In this document: in pieces, positions 19,881-29,333 of the stretch | Numbering within the stretch: position 1 is the stretch's first letter | Layout: every line of letters begins with the position of its first letter | Source: Desulfovibrio sp. | GTDB taxonomy: Bacteria > Desulfobacterota > Desulfovibrionia > Desulfovibrionales > Desulfovibrionaceae | DNA length: 64,000 bases | Direction of reading: 5' to 3' | Assembly: GCA_031290615.1 (NCBI GenBank) | Contig: JAITNF010000075.1 | Span: 5,845 to 69,844, forward strand | Notes under the pieces: model-generated | What the model was told of the DNA's origin: nothing | Database searches by the model: none | The model's input: the letters and a program-made list of their open reading frames with translations, nothing else | Position numbers and translations under genes: made by a program

Positions 19881-20795
19881 TTACCTGTTTTTCCCGCCGA
19901 AATGCACCACCGTTTTAAAACCGGGTTTGAGTTCCAGGTCGTGGTTAGGCACTTGCAGCTCCACCATATAGTACGAAGGTTTTGACACGTCCATCTCGGT
20001 GGAAATCCAAGAAATTGCGGTGACGACCGCCGAGTATTTTTTGTTGTTCAGGGATGGAACTTCCACCATGGCGGAATCTCCCGGTTCGATGCCGGTAATT
20101 TCCGCTTCATATACATGCACTTGAACGAGCATGGGATCAAGCTGTCCCACCTGAACGGGCGTAGCCCCCGCGTTCAGCAGAGTGCCCGGATTTACCGCGC
20201 CGCTCAGAGAAAGCACATGCCCCCGGATGGGCGAGATGAGCGTAAGAGTTTGGGGCAGTTGCTCCTCCGCCCTGACGGGTACGCCAAAATAGCCTTGCAG
20301 TTCTTTTAGGCGGTCGGCGAAGATGCTTTCCTTTTTACGGAGAGTTGCGTTGAGCAGCTCAATGCGTTGATTGAGGGAGTGTACGTCGTCTTCCAGACGT
20401 GACGAGGCCTGGTTAGATCCCAATCCAGAAGCCGCAAGTTGGTGCGTCTTGTTGCGCTGGGCAATGGTTTCCGCAAGTTGACGCTCCATGTTCAGCATCT
20501 GGCTCCTGGTTTCTTCCGTATTCGCGCCGGTTGTCACTTCCCGCTGCAGGACGCGTTCCGCCTCTTCCTGCAGGTGATAACGCAAGAGGGGAGAGTCGTT
20601 CTCCACAGCGTCGCCGGGCTTTACCAGGACTTCGTCCACTATGCTGTTGAAGGGCATGGGTACGGCGCGGGTGACGGTGGTGACAATCTTGCCGGTGAGG
20701 ATGGTGGAATGGATCTCTGCGGCATGGACGCGACACGGCATGAAAGACAGGCACAAAAACGCGCAGGACAGAAATATGGACATGGTTTGCGGCAT
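19881..20795 (-). CDS. Efflux periplasmic adaptor (membrane fusion protein, HlyD/RND-MFP family)
   Basis: VDEVLVKPGDAV lipoyl motif, coiled hairpin, SPIRGHV, VYEAEITGIEPG, LKPGF. TAATG overlap with the TolC gene. Confidence 0.85.
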   Translation of the reverse strand: MPQTMSIFLSCAFLCLSFMPCRVHAAEIHSTILTGKIVTTVTRAVPMPFNSIVDEVLVKPGDAVENDSPLLRYHLQEEAERVLQREVTTGANTEETRSQMLNMERQLAETIAQRNKTHQLAASGLGSNQASSRLEDDVHSLNQRIELLNATLRKKESIFADRLKELQGYFGVPVRAEEQLPQTLTLISPIRGHVLSLSGAVNPGTLLNAGATPVQVGQLDPMLVQVHVYEAEITGIEPGDSAMVEVPSLNNKKYSAVVTAISWISTEMDVSKPSYYMVELQVPNHDLELKPGFKTVVHFGGKNR

Positions 20796-22255
20796 TACAG
20801 AACCTCCCTAGCGGGCAGCCCCAAGAAATGCTCCTGTAAAAGACCGGAAATGTACATCAAGGTCAGCCCGGCGAGCCGCAGGTCAAGTTCAGCCTCAATC
20901 ATGGCGATGTGCGCCCTGACCATGCCTTCCCGGCAATCAGCCACAGCGGAAAACTGTTCCGTGCCCGCCTTGAAGGATATCTGAGCTTCTTTGAACTGCA
21001 TTTCCGCTGTCTCAAAACGCGTTTGCGCTAGCCTGAACTGGGTGCGCGCCAAGGTGATGTTCTGCTCTGCCTGGAGCCACTCGTTGGAATAATCGGTGCG
21101 CTTGCGCGACATTTCGTGGAAAGCCTGAGCCTTGGTCATTCTGGCTGTCTGTACGCCCCGATAGCGACGGCCCCAGTCAATCAGCGGGAAGTCCAGATTG
21201 AAATGCAGGAAATAGTCTTCCATACCGCCCGGCGGCTGATATTGGCCGGCCGGAGGATATTTGTTGAAGTGCAGGGTCATGTCCGGCACATATTGCGCCC
21301 AAGACACCATGATATTGTAATCCGCCAGTTTCACCTGGCCACGCAGCAGATATTCCTCTTCAAGCATGGGCCAACGGTCGTCCCAGGCAAGTTTGCTTCC
21401 CTCAAAGCCCGTCAGAATTGTGTCGGCGCTTCGGGTGTCTATCTGCAGACGCTGGGTGGGGTCCACTCCGGCCAGGATTTTGAGCTGGGTACGCTGGATG
21501 GTTTCCTGCATAACTGTCTGCTCCACCATCAGCTCCAACTCGCGATCGTGTTGCCTGGCCCAATTTAGGGAAGTACCCTGACGGCCTTCCACGGATTCCA
21601 CCTGTTGCCAGTAAGCCACAAGCTTCTTGCCCAAAGGCAGAAGTTTCTTCTGGGCCGCCGCGATTTTTTCCTTGCCCTGAAGCTGCAAATAGGCCTGCGC
21701 TATTTTGTAAATAGCTTCTCCGACAGCCTTGCGGTGCATGGCTATGGCCAGATTGACCATAATTTTTCGCGCCTGATGCTGAAAATAGGTGGCAACGGGA
21801 TTGGGGAAATCGGCGTAAAATCCGATGTCAGGTTTTGTTTTGCCGTAATCGCCCGGCGTGTCACGGATATCCTGATTATACCGGGTCATGTTGTTGGAAA
21901 CACTGATGGTCATGCGCGGTTCCGGCAGATACTGCCATACGGCGCTTGTCAGCTCCACGCGTTTGATCTCAAGGTTTACGGCGCTGTTGACAAGCAGGGG
22001 AGACTGCTGAATGGTCAGATAGACGCAGTCTTCAAAGGAAAAAACCTTGTTGGGGTCGTAGAGATTGGGGACGGCACCCTCAAGTTTTTCCCTGTTTTCC
22101 ACCGGCACGCCGGGGGCTTCTTCCAGCCAGTGTCTGGCGGGGAGTTCCGGCGACTTCAGCCCGGCCTTGTTGGAAGCGCATGCAGAAAAAAGGAAAAGCA
22201 GACACAAGCAGAGCGCCGTCCACAAACGCCGTGTCCTCGAGAGTGATTGGGTCAT
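20795..22255 (-). CDS. TolC-family outer membrane efflux protein, lipoprotein-type
   Basis: Lipobox FLFSAC; two OEP repeats (QQSPLL..., FPLIDWGRR, ARTQFRLAQTRF). Confidence 0.8.
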   Translation of the reverse strand: MTQSLSRTRRLWTALCLCLLFLFSACASNKAGLKSPELPARHWLEEAPGVPVENREKLEGAVPNLYDPNKVFSFEDCVYLTIQQSPLLVNSAVNLEIKRVELTSAVWQYLPEPRMTISVSNNMTRYNQDIRDTPGDYGKTKPDIGFYADFPNPVATYFQHQARKIMVNLAIAMHRKAVGEAIYKIAQAYLQLQGKEKIAAAQKKLLPLGKKLVAYWQQVESVEGRQGTSLNWARQHDRELELMVEQTVMQETIQRTQLKILAGVDPTQRLQIDTRSADTILTGFEGSKLAWDDRWPMLEEEYLLRGQVKLADYNIMVSWAQYVPDMTLHFNKYPPAGQYQPPGGMEDYFLHFNLDFPLIDWGRRYRGVQTARMTKAQAFHEMSRKRTDYSNEWLQAEQNITLARTQFRLAQTRFETAEMQFKEAQISFKAGTEQFSAVADCREGMVRAHIAMIEAELDLRLAGLTLMYISGLLQEHFLGLPAREVL

Positions 22256-22272
22256 GGTTGTCCCTGTTTCGT

Positions 22273-24933
22273 TTATTCCTGGCAAAAAAATTTTAAATGG
22301 TGCATGGTTACAAGTACTTGCCCGCGCACGTCGCTCACCTGGGCGTCAAAACATTGTGTCGTCCCATCGTCCCAGGATTTGCGCATTTGTATGCGCCGCG
22401 CTCCGGACATGGGCAGTAGCGTATTGAAAAAGACAAAGCCCGCAGCGTCGAGCCGCCAGAAACGCAGAGCCGCAAGAATTTCCGCCGCAGACGTAGAGTC
22501 TGCGCGCTCGCCGGCCGGTTCTGCTACAGCCATGAAAGCGGCCTGCACAATTCCCTCAACAATACAAAGAATATCAGTATAGCGAGATTTTTCTTTTTTG
22601 GCAATGCTTGCGGTTCGGGCAACATTTTTGTCACGGGCACACTCATGCTCCGCAGCCATTCCCGCGCGGTACATTCCTCCGGGCAGGGCCGCCCAATCCG
22701 TGAGAAGCCGCCAGGACGCGGTTAGACCCAGAGCGTCATAAAATTTTCTGGTGAAGGTATTTTCTTCGCCGTCGTCGTCGTCGGGCGATGCAGGCCAGAG
22801 GGGACGTGCCACATAGGGGGCGGCCGTCATGTGTACCGTGCCGCTTATTATCTCGGAGATGGTGCCAGCACGGCGCCCGTTTTGAGTTATATCCTGCACA
22901 AAAAGGTCCGCACGGCACATTTGCGTCATGAGACAGTCGTATGTGAATTTTGCTTGTGCTTTTACCGTGATACTGCATTCTCTGGTGACGCCCGGCGGCA
23001 GCAGTGGCGTATCATAAAAACGGACATCCGAAAGACCGTGCCCGGCAAGTTGCGGAAAGAGCATGCAGGCGCCTTCCACAAGTGCCTGCATGGCGTAACT
23101 CACAGGAAGACAGGGCATATCCGCGCGCAGGCGGACAATATGCGCGGCAAGGGCTGGGTCAGCAAAACGAGAAAAGTGGCAAGAACCATCCAGCGCAACG
23201 GCCGAGGGAGGGGAGACCGCGGAGAGAAAGACAAGGGTGGAAATATCCGATACTTCCACAAAGCGTCTCCGGCGTTGAGCCTCGATCGCGACATTGCGCT
23301 CCGGCGACGCATCCGTCGGTATTCGCGCTACAGGCGGTGTGTCTGCTCCGGCCGTGCAGACGACGTGCGCCAGATCCCCCACGCAGGTCACGCCAAGCAA
23401 ATTTTCAAAAAGTAGACGCACGCCCATTACTTCCTCAATTTCCTGCGCAAGAAGGGGGAAACGGCTGGATCTCAGGGAGAGGTCATAGCGCAAATCCGTT
23501 TCCGGCTTGATGCTGTCCACAGGGCATGCGGCGGCTTTTGCCAGTATTGTAGCGAGACTTTGCATGCTGACGGCAAAACGCGGGTCTGTCCTGGAGAAAA
23601 CTTGCGGCGCGGTGGAAGCTGGTTTGACGTCCGGCGCCGTTTCCGAAATCGTTTCCGGAGCACCGGCGGCTCTTCGTGCCAGCAGTGCGGCGCTTACAGC
23701 CGCACGGGGCAAATTTCCGAGAGCATGGAGGCGGGCGCAGACCAGACGCATCTGCTCGGTCTCGCGGCCCTTGCGTCCCGCGGGCAGGCATATGGCCAGG
23801 GGTTCATTATCGGTGATGAGGCCGCACAGGGTGTCCTGCGGGCCGAGTTCAAGAAAATAGCTTATGCCCTGCCCCTCGTACATGGCGCGTACACAGTCCG
23901 TCCAGCGGACAGGGCTTTCGTCCAGGTCTGTGATACAGCGACAAATGGAAGGCTGGTCCACGGGATAAAAATCCGCCGTGACGCCGCTGAGGACGTTGAT
24001 ACACGGAGCCTGCATGGGCAGGGCATTGAGGCGGCGCAGGGAGAGATCGCGCAGAATGCGCATGCCCGGATGGTGGTAGGCAAGGCTCACATTGAGCACA
24101 ATTGCCGGAACACGCTGTTTGCGCAAACTCTTGCGAGCCTCCATCAGGGCGTCCCGTGATCCGCTAACGATAAATTGCCGGGGAGTATTGTAATTGGAGA
24201 CAATCAGCCCCGGCCAAGTTTCACGCAATTGCTCCATCACGGCGACGTCGGCATGTACGGCCATCATGCCGTTTTCCCGCGTGGACCGCGCTTCCATTTC
24301 GGCCATTTGCATGGCGCGGGTGTCCAGGATGTGCCAGGCCACTTCCGGCGTATAGATACCGGCAAGGCACAAGGAGACAAGTTCCCCGAGGCTGTGGCCG
24401 CAAAGCAGGGCTGGATTGAGGCCCAGGGCTGCGAACTGGCTCCATTGGGCGTATTCCAGCAAAAAGAGATAAGGTTGTTGCCAGCGGGTGTGGCTGATTT
24501 TTTCCGCATCCGGCTCGTCCATAAGAGCCAGGATGTCCCAATCTGCGGCGGCCGCGACGCGATCCATGCCTGCTCTTGCTGCCGGAAAATTGTCGTACAA
24601 TTTCCGCCCCATATGGGGCCAGACGTTGCCTAGGCCGCAGCAAACCACGGCAAGGGATGGCGGATCCCCCCGGCCGAGCCACAAACCCATCGAAGCAAGG
24701 ACGCTGATATCTTTCGGCCCTGGACCGGCGGACAGAATCGGCAGTTTCTCGCGCCAGCGCACGCTTACGCTGCCCAGTCGCCAGATATGACCTGCCTGTG
24801 GCAGATCAACGTAGATCACACCGTCAAGAGCCAGTTCAGAGTCAAATTTTTCGTCGACAGCTTCCGCCGTCTCCTCGATGGATTTTTCCGGGTTTTGACG
24901 GGCTGAATTTTTTGTATTGTCAGTGGTTGACAT
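22273..24933 (-). CDS. Polyketide/fatty-acid synthase-like protein: acyltransferase, ACP-like and dehydratase (double-hotdog)-like domains; no ketosynthase
   Basis: AT: CCGLG, WQQP, GHSLGE, NYNTPRQFIVSG, VSLAYH, PVRW, FLELGP. ACP-like: TDLRYDLSLRSSRFPLLAQEIEE. DH-like: LAAHIVRLRADMPCLP and distal EGIVQAA. Confidence 0.8.
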   Translation of the reverse strand: MSTTDNTKNSARQNPEKSIEETAEAVDEKFDSELALDGVIYVDLPQAGHIWRLGSVSVRWREKLPILSAGPGPKDISVLASMGLWLGRGDPPSLAVVCCGLGNVWPHMGRKLYDNFPAARAGMDRVAAAADWDILALMDEPDAEKISHTRWQQPYLFLLEYAQWSQFAALGLNPALLCGHSLGELVSLCLAGIYTPEVAWHILDTRAMQMAEMEARSTRENGMMAVHADVAVMEQLRETWPGLIVSNYNTPRQFIVSGSRDALMEARKSLRKQRVPAIVLNVSLAYHHPGMRILRDLSLRRLNALPMQAPCINVLSGVTADFYPVDQPSICRCITDLDESPVRWTDCVRAMYEGQGISYFLELGPQDTLCGLITDNEPLAICLPAGRKGRETEQMRLVCARLHALGNLPRAAVSAALLARRAAGAPETISETAPDVKPASTAPQVFSRTDPRFAVSMQSLATILAKAAACPVDSIKPETDLRYDLSLRSSRFPLLAQEIEEVMGVRLLFENLLGVTCVGDLAHVVCTAGADTPPVARIPTDASPERNVAIEAQRRRRFVEVSDISTLVFLSAVSPPSAVALDGSCHFSRFADPALAAHIVRLRADMPCLPVSYAMQALVEGACMLFPQLAGHGLSDVRFYDTPLLPPGVTRECSITVKAQAKFTYDCLMTQMCRADLFVQDITQNGRRAGTISEIISGTVHMTAAPYVARPLWPASPDDDDGEENTFTRKFYDALGLTASWRLLTDWAALPGGMYRAGMAAEHECARDKNVARTASIAKKEKSRYTDILCIVEGIVQAAFMAVAEPAGERADSTSAAEILAALRFWRLDAAGFVFFNTLLPMSGARRIQMRKSWDDGTTQCFDAQVSDVRGQVLVTMHHLKFFCQE

Positions 24934-24948
24934 GGCATAAAAAGCTGT

Positions 24949-25473
24949 TCAGGACAGGTACACTGCCACCAACCCTTGGGGCGGATCAATATGCACGGCT
25001 CGTCGGCCGGCGTCAAAACCCAGGATAAAGCAGGGCTGCGCCGGAAAGAGCACTTCCTCTCCGGCGTCTGTCAGAATAACCCAGATATCCTGTCCGGCCG
25101 GACATTCCAGATGGTCAAAACGTCCCAGCCGTTGTCCGTCCGGCAGAATTACATCAGCGCCGAGCATGTCCCGCACATAGAATTCGTCCTCAACCAGAGC
25201 GGGGAGGCAATCGCGGTCAACAAGGAGTTTCCTCCCGCGCAGAACCTCGACGGCCGAACGGTCTGTTATGCCTTCAAAGTACACCAGCATACATCCCTGG
25301 TGGTTACGACTGGAGAGGGCTTTGACGGGTATGGGAGAGGTTTGGCCGTCGGCAAGCCATAGAGGTGCGTCAAGCGGCAAAAGAGAATCCGCATGCCAGT
25401 CAACGCGTACTTCCCCCTTGGTGCCGTGTGGCCGAAGCAGTGTGCCCAAATGAATCAGTGCGCCGTACGGCAC
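24949..25473 (-). CDS. rimM: Ribosome maturation factor RimM
   Basis: RPHGTKGEV, FEGITDR, DEFYVRDMLG, PRC barrel; position after rpsP and KH. Confidence 0.93.
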   Translation of the reverse strand: MPYGALIHLGTLLRPHGTKGEVRVDWHADSLLPLDAPLWLADGQTSPIPVKALSSRNHQGCMLVYFEGITDRSAVEVLRGRKLLVDRDCLPALVEDEFYVRDMLGADVILPDGQRLGRFDHLECPAGQDIWVILTDAGEEVLFPAQPCFILGFDAGRRAVHIDPPQGLVAVYLS

Positions 25474-25476
25474 GAG

Positions 25477-25707
25477 CTACTCCCGAATTTCCAGGATAAC
25501 GCGTTTTTTGAGTCTGGCGGAAGCCGCGCTCAAAACAGCACGGATCGCGCGGACCATGCGTCCCTGCTTGCCTATCACCTTGCCCACGTCTTCCTTGGCT
25601 ACGGCCAGTTCAATGACACATATCTGATCCCTTTCCGCCTCCGTGACCTGCACCGCGTCGGGTTTGTCCACCAGAAATCCGACGATATATGCGATCAGCT
25701 CTTTCAT
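25477..25707 (-). CDS. khpA: KH-domain RNA-binding protein
   Basis: MKELIAYIV...[11 protein letters not shown]; ATGA overlap with rpsP. Confidence 0.9.
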   Translation of the reverse strand: MKELIAYIVGFLVDKPDAVQVTEAERDQICVIELAVAKEDVGKVIGKQGRMVRAIRAVLSAASARLKKRVILEIRE

Positions 25708-25949
25708 TGCCGGGGCATGTGTTTTTTGATCAGGGAGCGCACCGTGTCCGTCGGCTCTGCGCCGCGGGCAAGCCAAACATTGATCTTTTCCGCGTCGAGT
25801 TTCACTTCCGCCGGATCACACATAGGGTTGTAGTAGCCGAGGAATTCCAACGGACGTCCGTCGCGGCGTGTCTCATCACTGGCGGCCACCACTCGATAAA
25901 AAGGATGCTTTTTGCTGCCGAGACGGGTAAGTTTCAATTTTACAGCCAT
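25704..25949 (-). CDS. rpsP: 30S ribosomal protein S16
   Basis: [23 protein letters not shown]...[15 protein letters not shown]...GAEPTDTV. Confidence 0.98.
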   Translation of the reverse strand: MAVKLKLTRLGSKKHPFYRVVAASDETRRDGRPLEFLGYYNPMCDPAEVKLDAEKINVWLARGAEPTDTVRSLIKKHMPRQ

Positions 25950-25969
25950 AAATGTAATCCTTTTTTTGT

Positions 25970-27418
25970 TCAGGTTTTATTTTTTCCCCGGCGCTTTTTC
26001 TTTTTGGTCACGCCGGAGGATCTGGCGGGCAAGGCTTCCATGCCTGGAATGGCGGGCATACCAAGTCCTCCCATACCGGAAAAGCCGCGGCACTGCATGC
26101 CATTGCTGCCCATCATGGATTTCATCATCTGCCGCATCTGTTCAAACTGGCGCGCCATTTGGTTAACCTGAGCCACGGAGACCCCCGCGCCTTTGGCTAT
26201 GCGCGCTCGCCGGCTGCCGTTCAGTATATCCGGGTTGCGGCGTTCGGCCATGGTCATAGAATTGATGATGGCCTCCGAGCGCTCAAGTTCTTTTTCCGGC
26301 GCGGCAGCGTTGGCTTCAGCAAGTTTTTCCCGCAGATCACCTAGGCCCGGAATGAGTTTCAGCAGGCCATCCAAAGAACCCATTTTTTTCAGACGGCGCA
26401 TTTGTATACGAAAATCCTCCAGATCAAAGGAGGCTTTTTGCATCTTGCGCGCCAAGGCTTCGGCTTCTGCGGCGTTAATGGCTCCCTGCGCTTTTTCCAC
26501 TAGGGTCAACACATCACCCATGCCCAAGATACGCCCGGCAATTCGGTCCGGGTGAAAAACCTCCATTTCCGAGAGCTTTTCGCCCACGCCCACAAATTTT
26601 ACCGGAGCATTCGTTACCGCGCGGATTGAGAGGGCCGCGCCGCCGCGCGCGTCGCCGTCCATCTTGGTCAACACGATGCCCGTGAGTCCGAGACGTCCGT
26701 TAAAGGCCTCGGCTACAGTGACGGCGTCCTGGCCTGTCATGGCGTCGGCCACAAAAAGTATTTCCTGCGGATTTACGGCCGCCTTGATGGCGGAAAGTTC
26801 CTCCATAAGAGCTTCGTTCACATGCAGGCGTCCCGCCGTGTCAAGCAGAAGCACTGTGGCCTGGACGTCGTCGTCGCGGGCCTTTTTCACGGCGTCGCGG
26901 GCTATTTCCACGGGATTCATGTCAGTGCCCGAGGGGAAGCACGGAATATCCAACTGCTTTGCCAGCACTTTCAACTGGTCAATGGCCGCCGGGCGGTACA
27001 CGTCGGTCGGAACAAGGCAGGGACGCATTTTCTGCTTGCGCAACAGATTGGCGATTTTGGCGGCGGACGTGGTCTTGCCGGAGCCCTGTAAGCCCACCAG
27101 CATGACGACTGCGGGGATTGACCCCTGCAGCCGGAGTGTTGCCGTTTCCCCGCCGAGGAGAGAAACAAGCTCGTCATGGACGATTTTTACCACCTGCTGG
27201 GCGGGATTAATGCCCTTGACGACATCCTGGCACTGGTCCAGACATTTTGCGCGGACACGCTCCACAAAGTTCTTGATGACTTTGAAGTTGACGTCCGCCT
27301 CTAGTAAGGCCAGACGCACCTCGCTCAGACCACCCTGGATATTTTCTTCCGTCAGGTGGCAGCGGCCGCCCAATGAACGGAACACGCCGGAGAGTCTGTC
27401 AGAAAGGCTTTCAAACAT
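25970..27418 (-). CDS. ffh: Signal recognition particle protein
   Basis: [42 protein letters not shown] domain. Confidence 0.98.
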   Translation of the reverse strand: MFESLSDRLSGVFRSLGGRCHLTEENIQGGLSEVRLALLEADVNFKVIKNFVERVRAKCLDQCQDVVKGINPAQQVVKIVHDELVSLLGGETATLRLQGSIPAVVMLVGLQGSGKTTSAAKIANLLRKQKMRPCLVPTDVYRPAAIDQLKVLAKQLDIPCFPSGTDMNPVEIARDAVKKARDDDVQATVLLLDTAGRLHVNEALMEELSAIKAAVNPQEILFVADAMTGQDAVTVAEAFNGRLGLTGIVLTKMDGDARGGAALSIRAVTNAPVKFVGVGEKLSEMEVFHPDRIAGRILGMGDVLTLVEKAQGAINAAEAEALARKMQKASFDLEDFRIQMRRLKKMGSLDGLLKLIPGLGDLREKLAEANAAAPEKELERSEAIINSMTMAERRNPDILNGSRRARIAKGAGVSVAQVNQMARQFEQMRQMMKSMMGSNGMQCRGFSGMGGLGMPAIPGMEALPARSSGVTKKKKRRGKNKT

Positions 27419-27709
27419 GCAAACCCCAGTTCAGCGGATCAGGAAGAACTTTCTTCGTTGCGCGTCCAGTAGAGCAGAATGAGGGCCGCTTCGTCGTCCT
27501 GATTTTCCAGGTTGCTGACACGCAGAAAAACCTGCCGGGAGTTTTCATCCGCGTTGACGGAAAATATTGGTAGAATACGCACTCCACACCATGGCGGTCT
27601 TTTCCACAATTTCCGCAGCCTTGACGGTGAGCGCGCACGGCGTCATGACATCCTTTAGCCCTGATTTCGGCAAACAAATTTTGTACAAGCATACTTTACT
27701 CCCGCGCCG

Positions 27710-28822
27710 CTAATCAATGCCCATGGCTTTTTTGATTTTTTTAGCGGCCCGTTTGACTTTTTCCAAGGGTTTGTCTTCACCTGCTTTTTCAAATTCGCGC
27801 AGAAGCTCAATCTGTTTTTCCGAAAGGTGGGTTGGGGTGAGCACCTTGATCTCCACGAGCAAATCGCCGCGCTGGTTGCGGCCGGGAAAGGGCAGCCCCT
27901 CTCCGGCAAGTCGCAGGAGCGAGCCGCTTTGCACCCCCCTGGGGATTTCAAGGGACAGGGGGCCGTCAAGACCAGGCACTTCCATCTTGTGGCCGAGGGT
28001 GGCCTGTACAAAGGTGATTTCCTGCGTGCAGAGGATATTTTGCCCTTCGCGCTGGTATCGCTTGTCCTGCTCAACCGTGATTACCACATAGAGATCGCCG
28101 AGAGGGCCGCCATGTACGCCGGGCTCCCCTTCGCCACGGACGCGCAGCCGTGTGCCCGTATCCACGCCGGCGGGCACGCGCACAACCAGTTCGCGTACGT
28201 CCGTAACAATACCCTCGCCCGTGCAGCGCGGACAGGGTCTGGCTATTACTTGACCCGTGCCGTGACAGGCGTTACAGGGCACAGCTACCTGGAAAAATCC
28301 CTGAGTATGGCGTATCTGCCCTGTGCCATTGCAGTGACGGCAGGTTTCCACCCTGCTGTCCCCGGCCGCGCCGCTGCCGTTGCAATCCTTGCAGACGACG
28401 CGCTTGGGCAGGCTCAATCTGACTTCGTCGCCCTTGGCGGCTTGGAGGAAACTGATGTTCAGATTGTAGCGCAGGTCGGCGCCGGCCATGGCGCGCGGAC
28501 CGCGCGAGGTCGTGGAAAAACCGAAAAGATCTCCAAAAATATCACTGAAGTGGGCAAAAATGTCTTCAGCGCTGTCAAAATCTCCGGCTCCGCCGCCCTG
28601 CAGTCCTGAATGTCCAAAGCGGTCATAACGAGCGCGTTTTTCCGGATCGCGCAGAACGTCATACGCCTCTGCGGCATCCTTGAATTTTTGTTCGGCCTCG
28701 GCATTGCCTGGGTTGCGGTCAGGGTGGCACTGCATGGCCATCTTGCGGTAGGCCCGCTTGATCTCTTCCTCGCTCGCGGTGCGCGAGACGGCAAGCACTT
28801 CATAATAATCGCGCTGCGTCAT
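27710..28822 (-). CDS. dnaJ: Molecular chaperone DnaJ
   Basis: J domain with HPD, G/F region, four CxxCxGxG repeats. Confidence 0.98.
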   Translation of the reverse strand: MTQRDYYEVLAVSRTASEEEIKRAYRKMAMQCHPDRNPGNAEAEQKFKDAAEAYDVLRDPEKRARYDRFGHSGLQGGGAGDFDSAEDIFAHFSDIFGDLFGFSTTSRGPRAMAGADLRYNLNISFLQAAKGDEVRLSLPKRVVCKDCNGSGAAGDSRVETCRHCNGTGQIRHTQGFFQVAVPCNACHGTGQVIARPCPRCTGEGIVTDVRELVVRVPAGVDTGTRLRVRGEGEPGVHGGPLGDLYVVITVEQDKRYQREGQNILCTQEITFVQATLGHKMEVPGLDGPLSLEIPRGVQSGSLLRLAGEGLPFPGRNQRGDLLVEIKVLTPTHLSEKQIELLREFEKAGEDKPLEKVKRAAKKIKKAMGID

Positions 28823-28894
28823 GATTTGTGTTCTTTTTTTAGCATATTGCGCTTGACTTTTTGTGTTTGTGCTTTTTTTGATAGCGCATTGTTT

Positions 28895-29134
28895 TCAATC
28901 TTCGCCGTCCGCAACTTCCTGGCACTCAGGCACAGGAGCGTACAGAGTAATGTCGGCGGGCAATATCTTGCCAGCGGCGATCTCGCGCAGGGCGGTGACG
29001 ACCTCCTTGTTGCGGGAGGTGACAAGCGGCTCATAGCCATCTCGGTACTGGCGCACGCGTTTGATGGCCATCTGCACCAGCAGAAAACGGTTGTCCACAC
29101 GTTCTTGGCAGTCTTCCACAGTTATACGGGCCAT
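28895..29134 (-). CDS. rpoZ: RNA polymerase omega subunit
   Basis: MARITVEDC...[13 protein letters not shown]...[11 protein letters not shown]; GGAGG RBS. Confidence 0.97.
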   Translation of the reverse strand: MARITVEDCQERVDNRFLLVQMAIKRVRQYRDGYEPLVTSRNKEVVTALREIAAGKILPADITLYAPVPECQEVADGED

Positions 29135-29153
29135 AAAACCTCCCTATTCCAAA

Positions 29154-29333
29154 TTTGTCAGAGCAGACGCATGAAGTTCGGCATTGGATCGCCGCAGTAA
29201 TAATAAGGCTGCTCTCTCGCATGTAAAGGGGTGCGATCTGAATCCATGTTTGACGAAAATATTTATTTTATACGCCTCAAGAATAAAAGTCAAGAATTAC
29301 GCCGGATTTTGTCAGAGCAGACGCATGAAGTTC
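29154..29333. repeat. Two exact 26-bp direct repeats tttgtcagagcagacgcatgaagttc (29154-29179 and 29308-29333)
   Basis: Direct comparison of the two segments. Confidence 0.95.
29265..29293 (-). promoter_or_regulatory. Sigma70-type promoter for rpoZ-dnaJ
   Basis: Minus strand TTGACT (29293-29288), 17 bp spacer, TAAAAT (29270-29265). Confidence 0.65.

Noticed and set aside
27411-27692. 93-aa ORF between dnaJ and ffh
   Set aside because: No recognisable family; alternative frames look partly protein-like, so it may be a frameshifted small gene. Left uncalled.
29135-29300. CIRCE element for dnaJ
   Set aside because: No TTAGCACTC-N9-GAGTGCTAA motif.
29154-29333. CRISPR interpretation of the 26-bp direct repeats (also the 52-bp pair at 49960/50386)
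   Set aside because: Only two copies each, spacers of 128 and 374 bp, and no cas genes.
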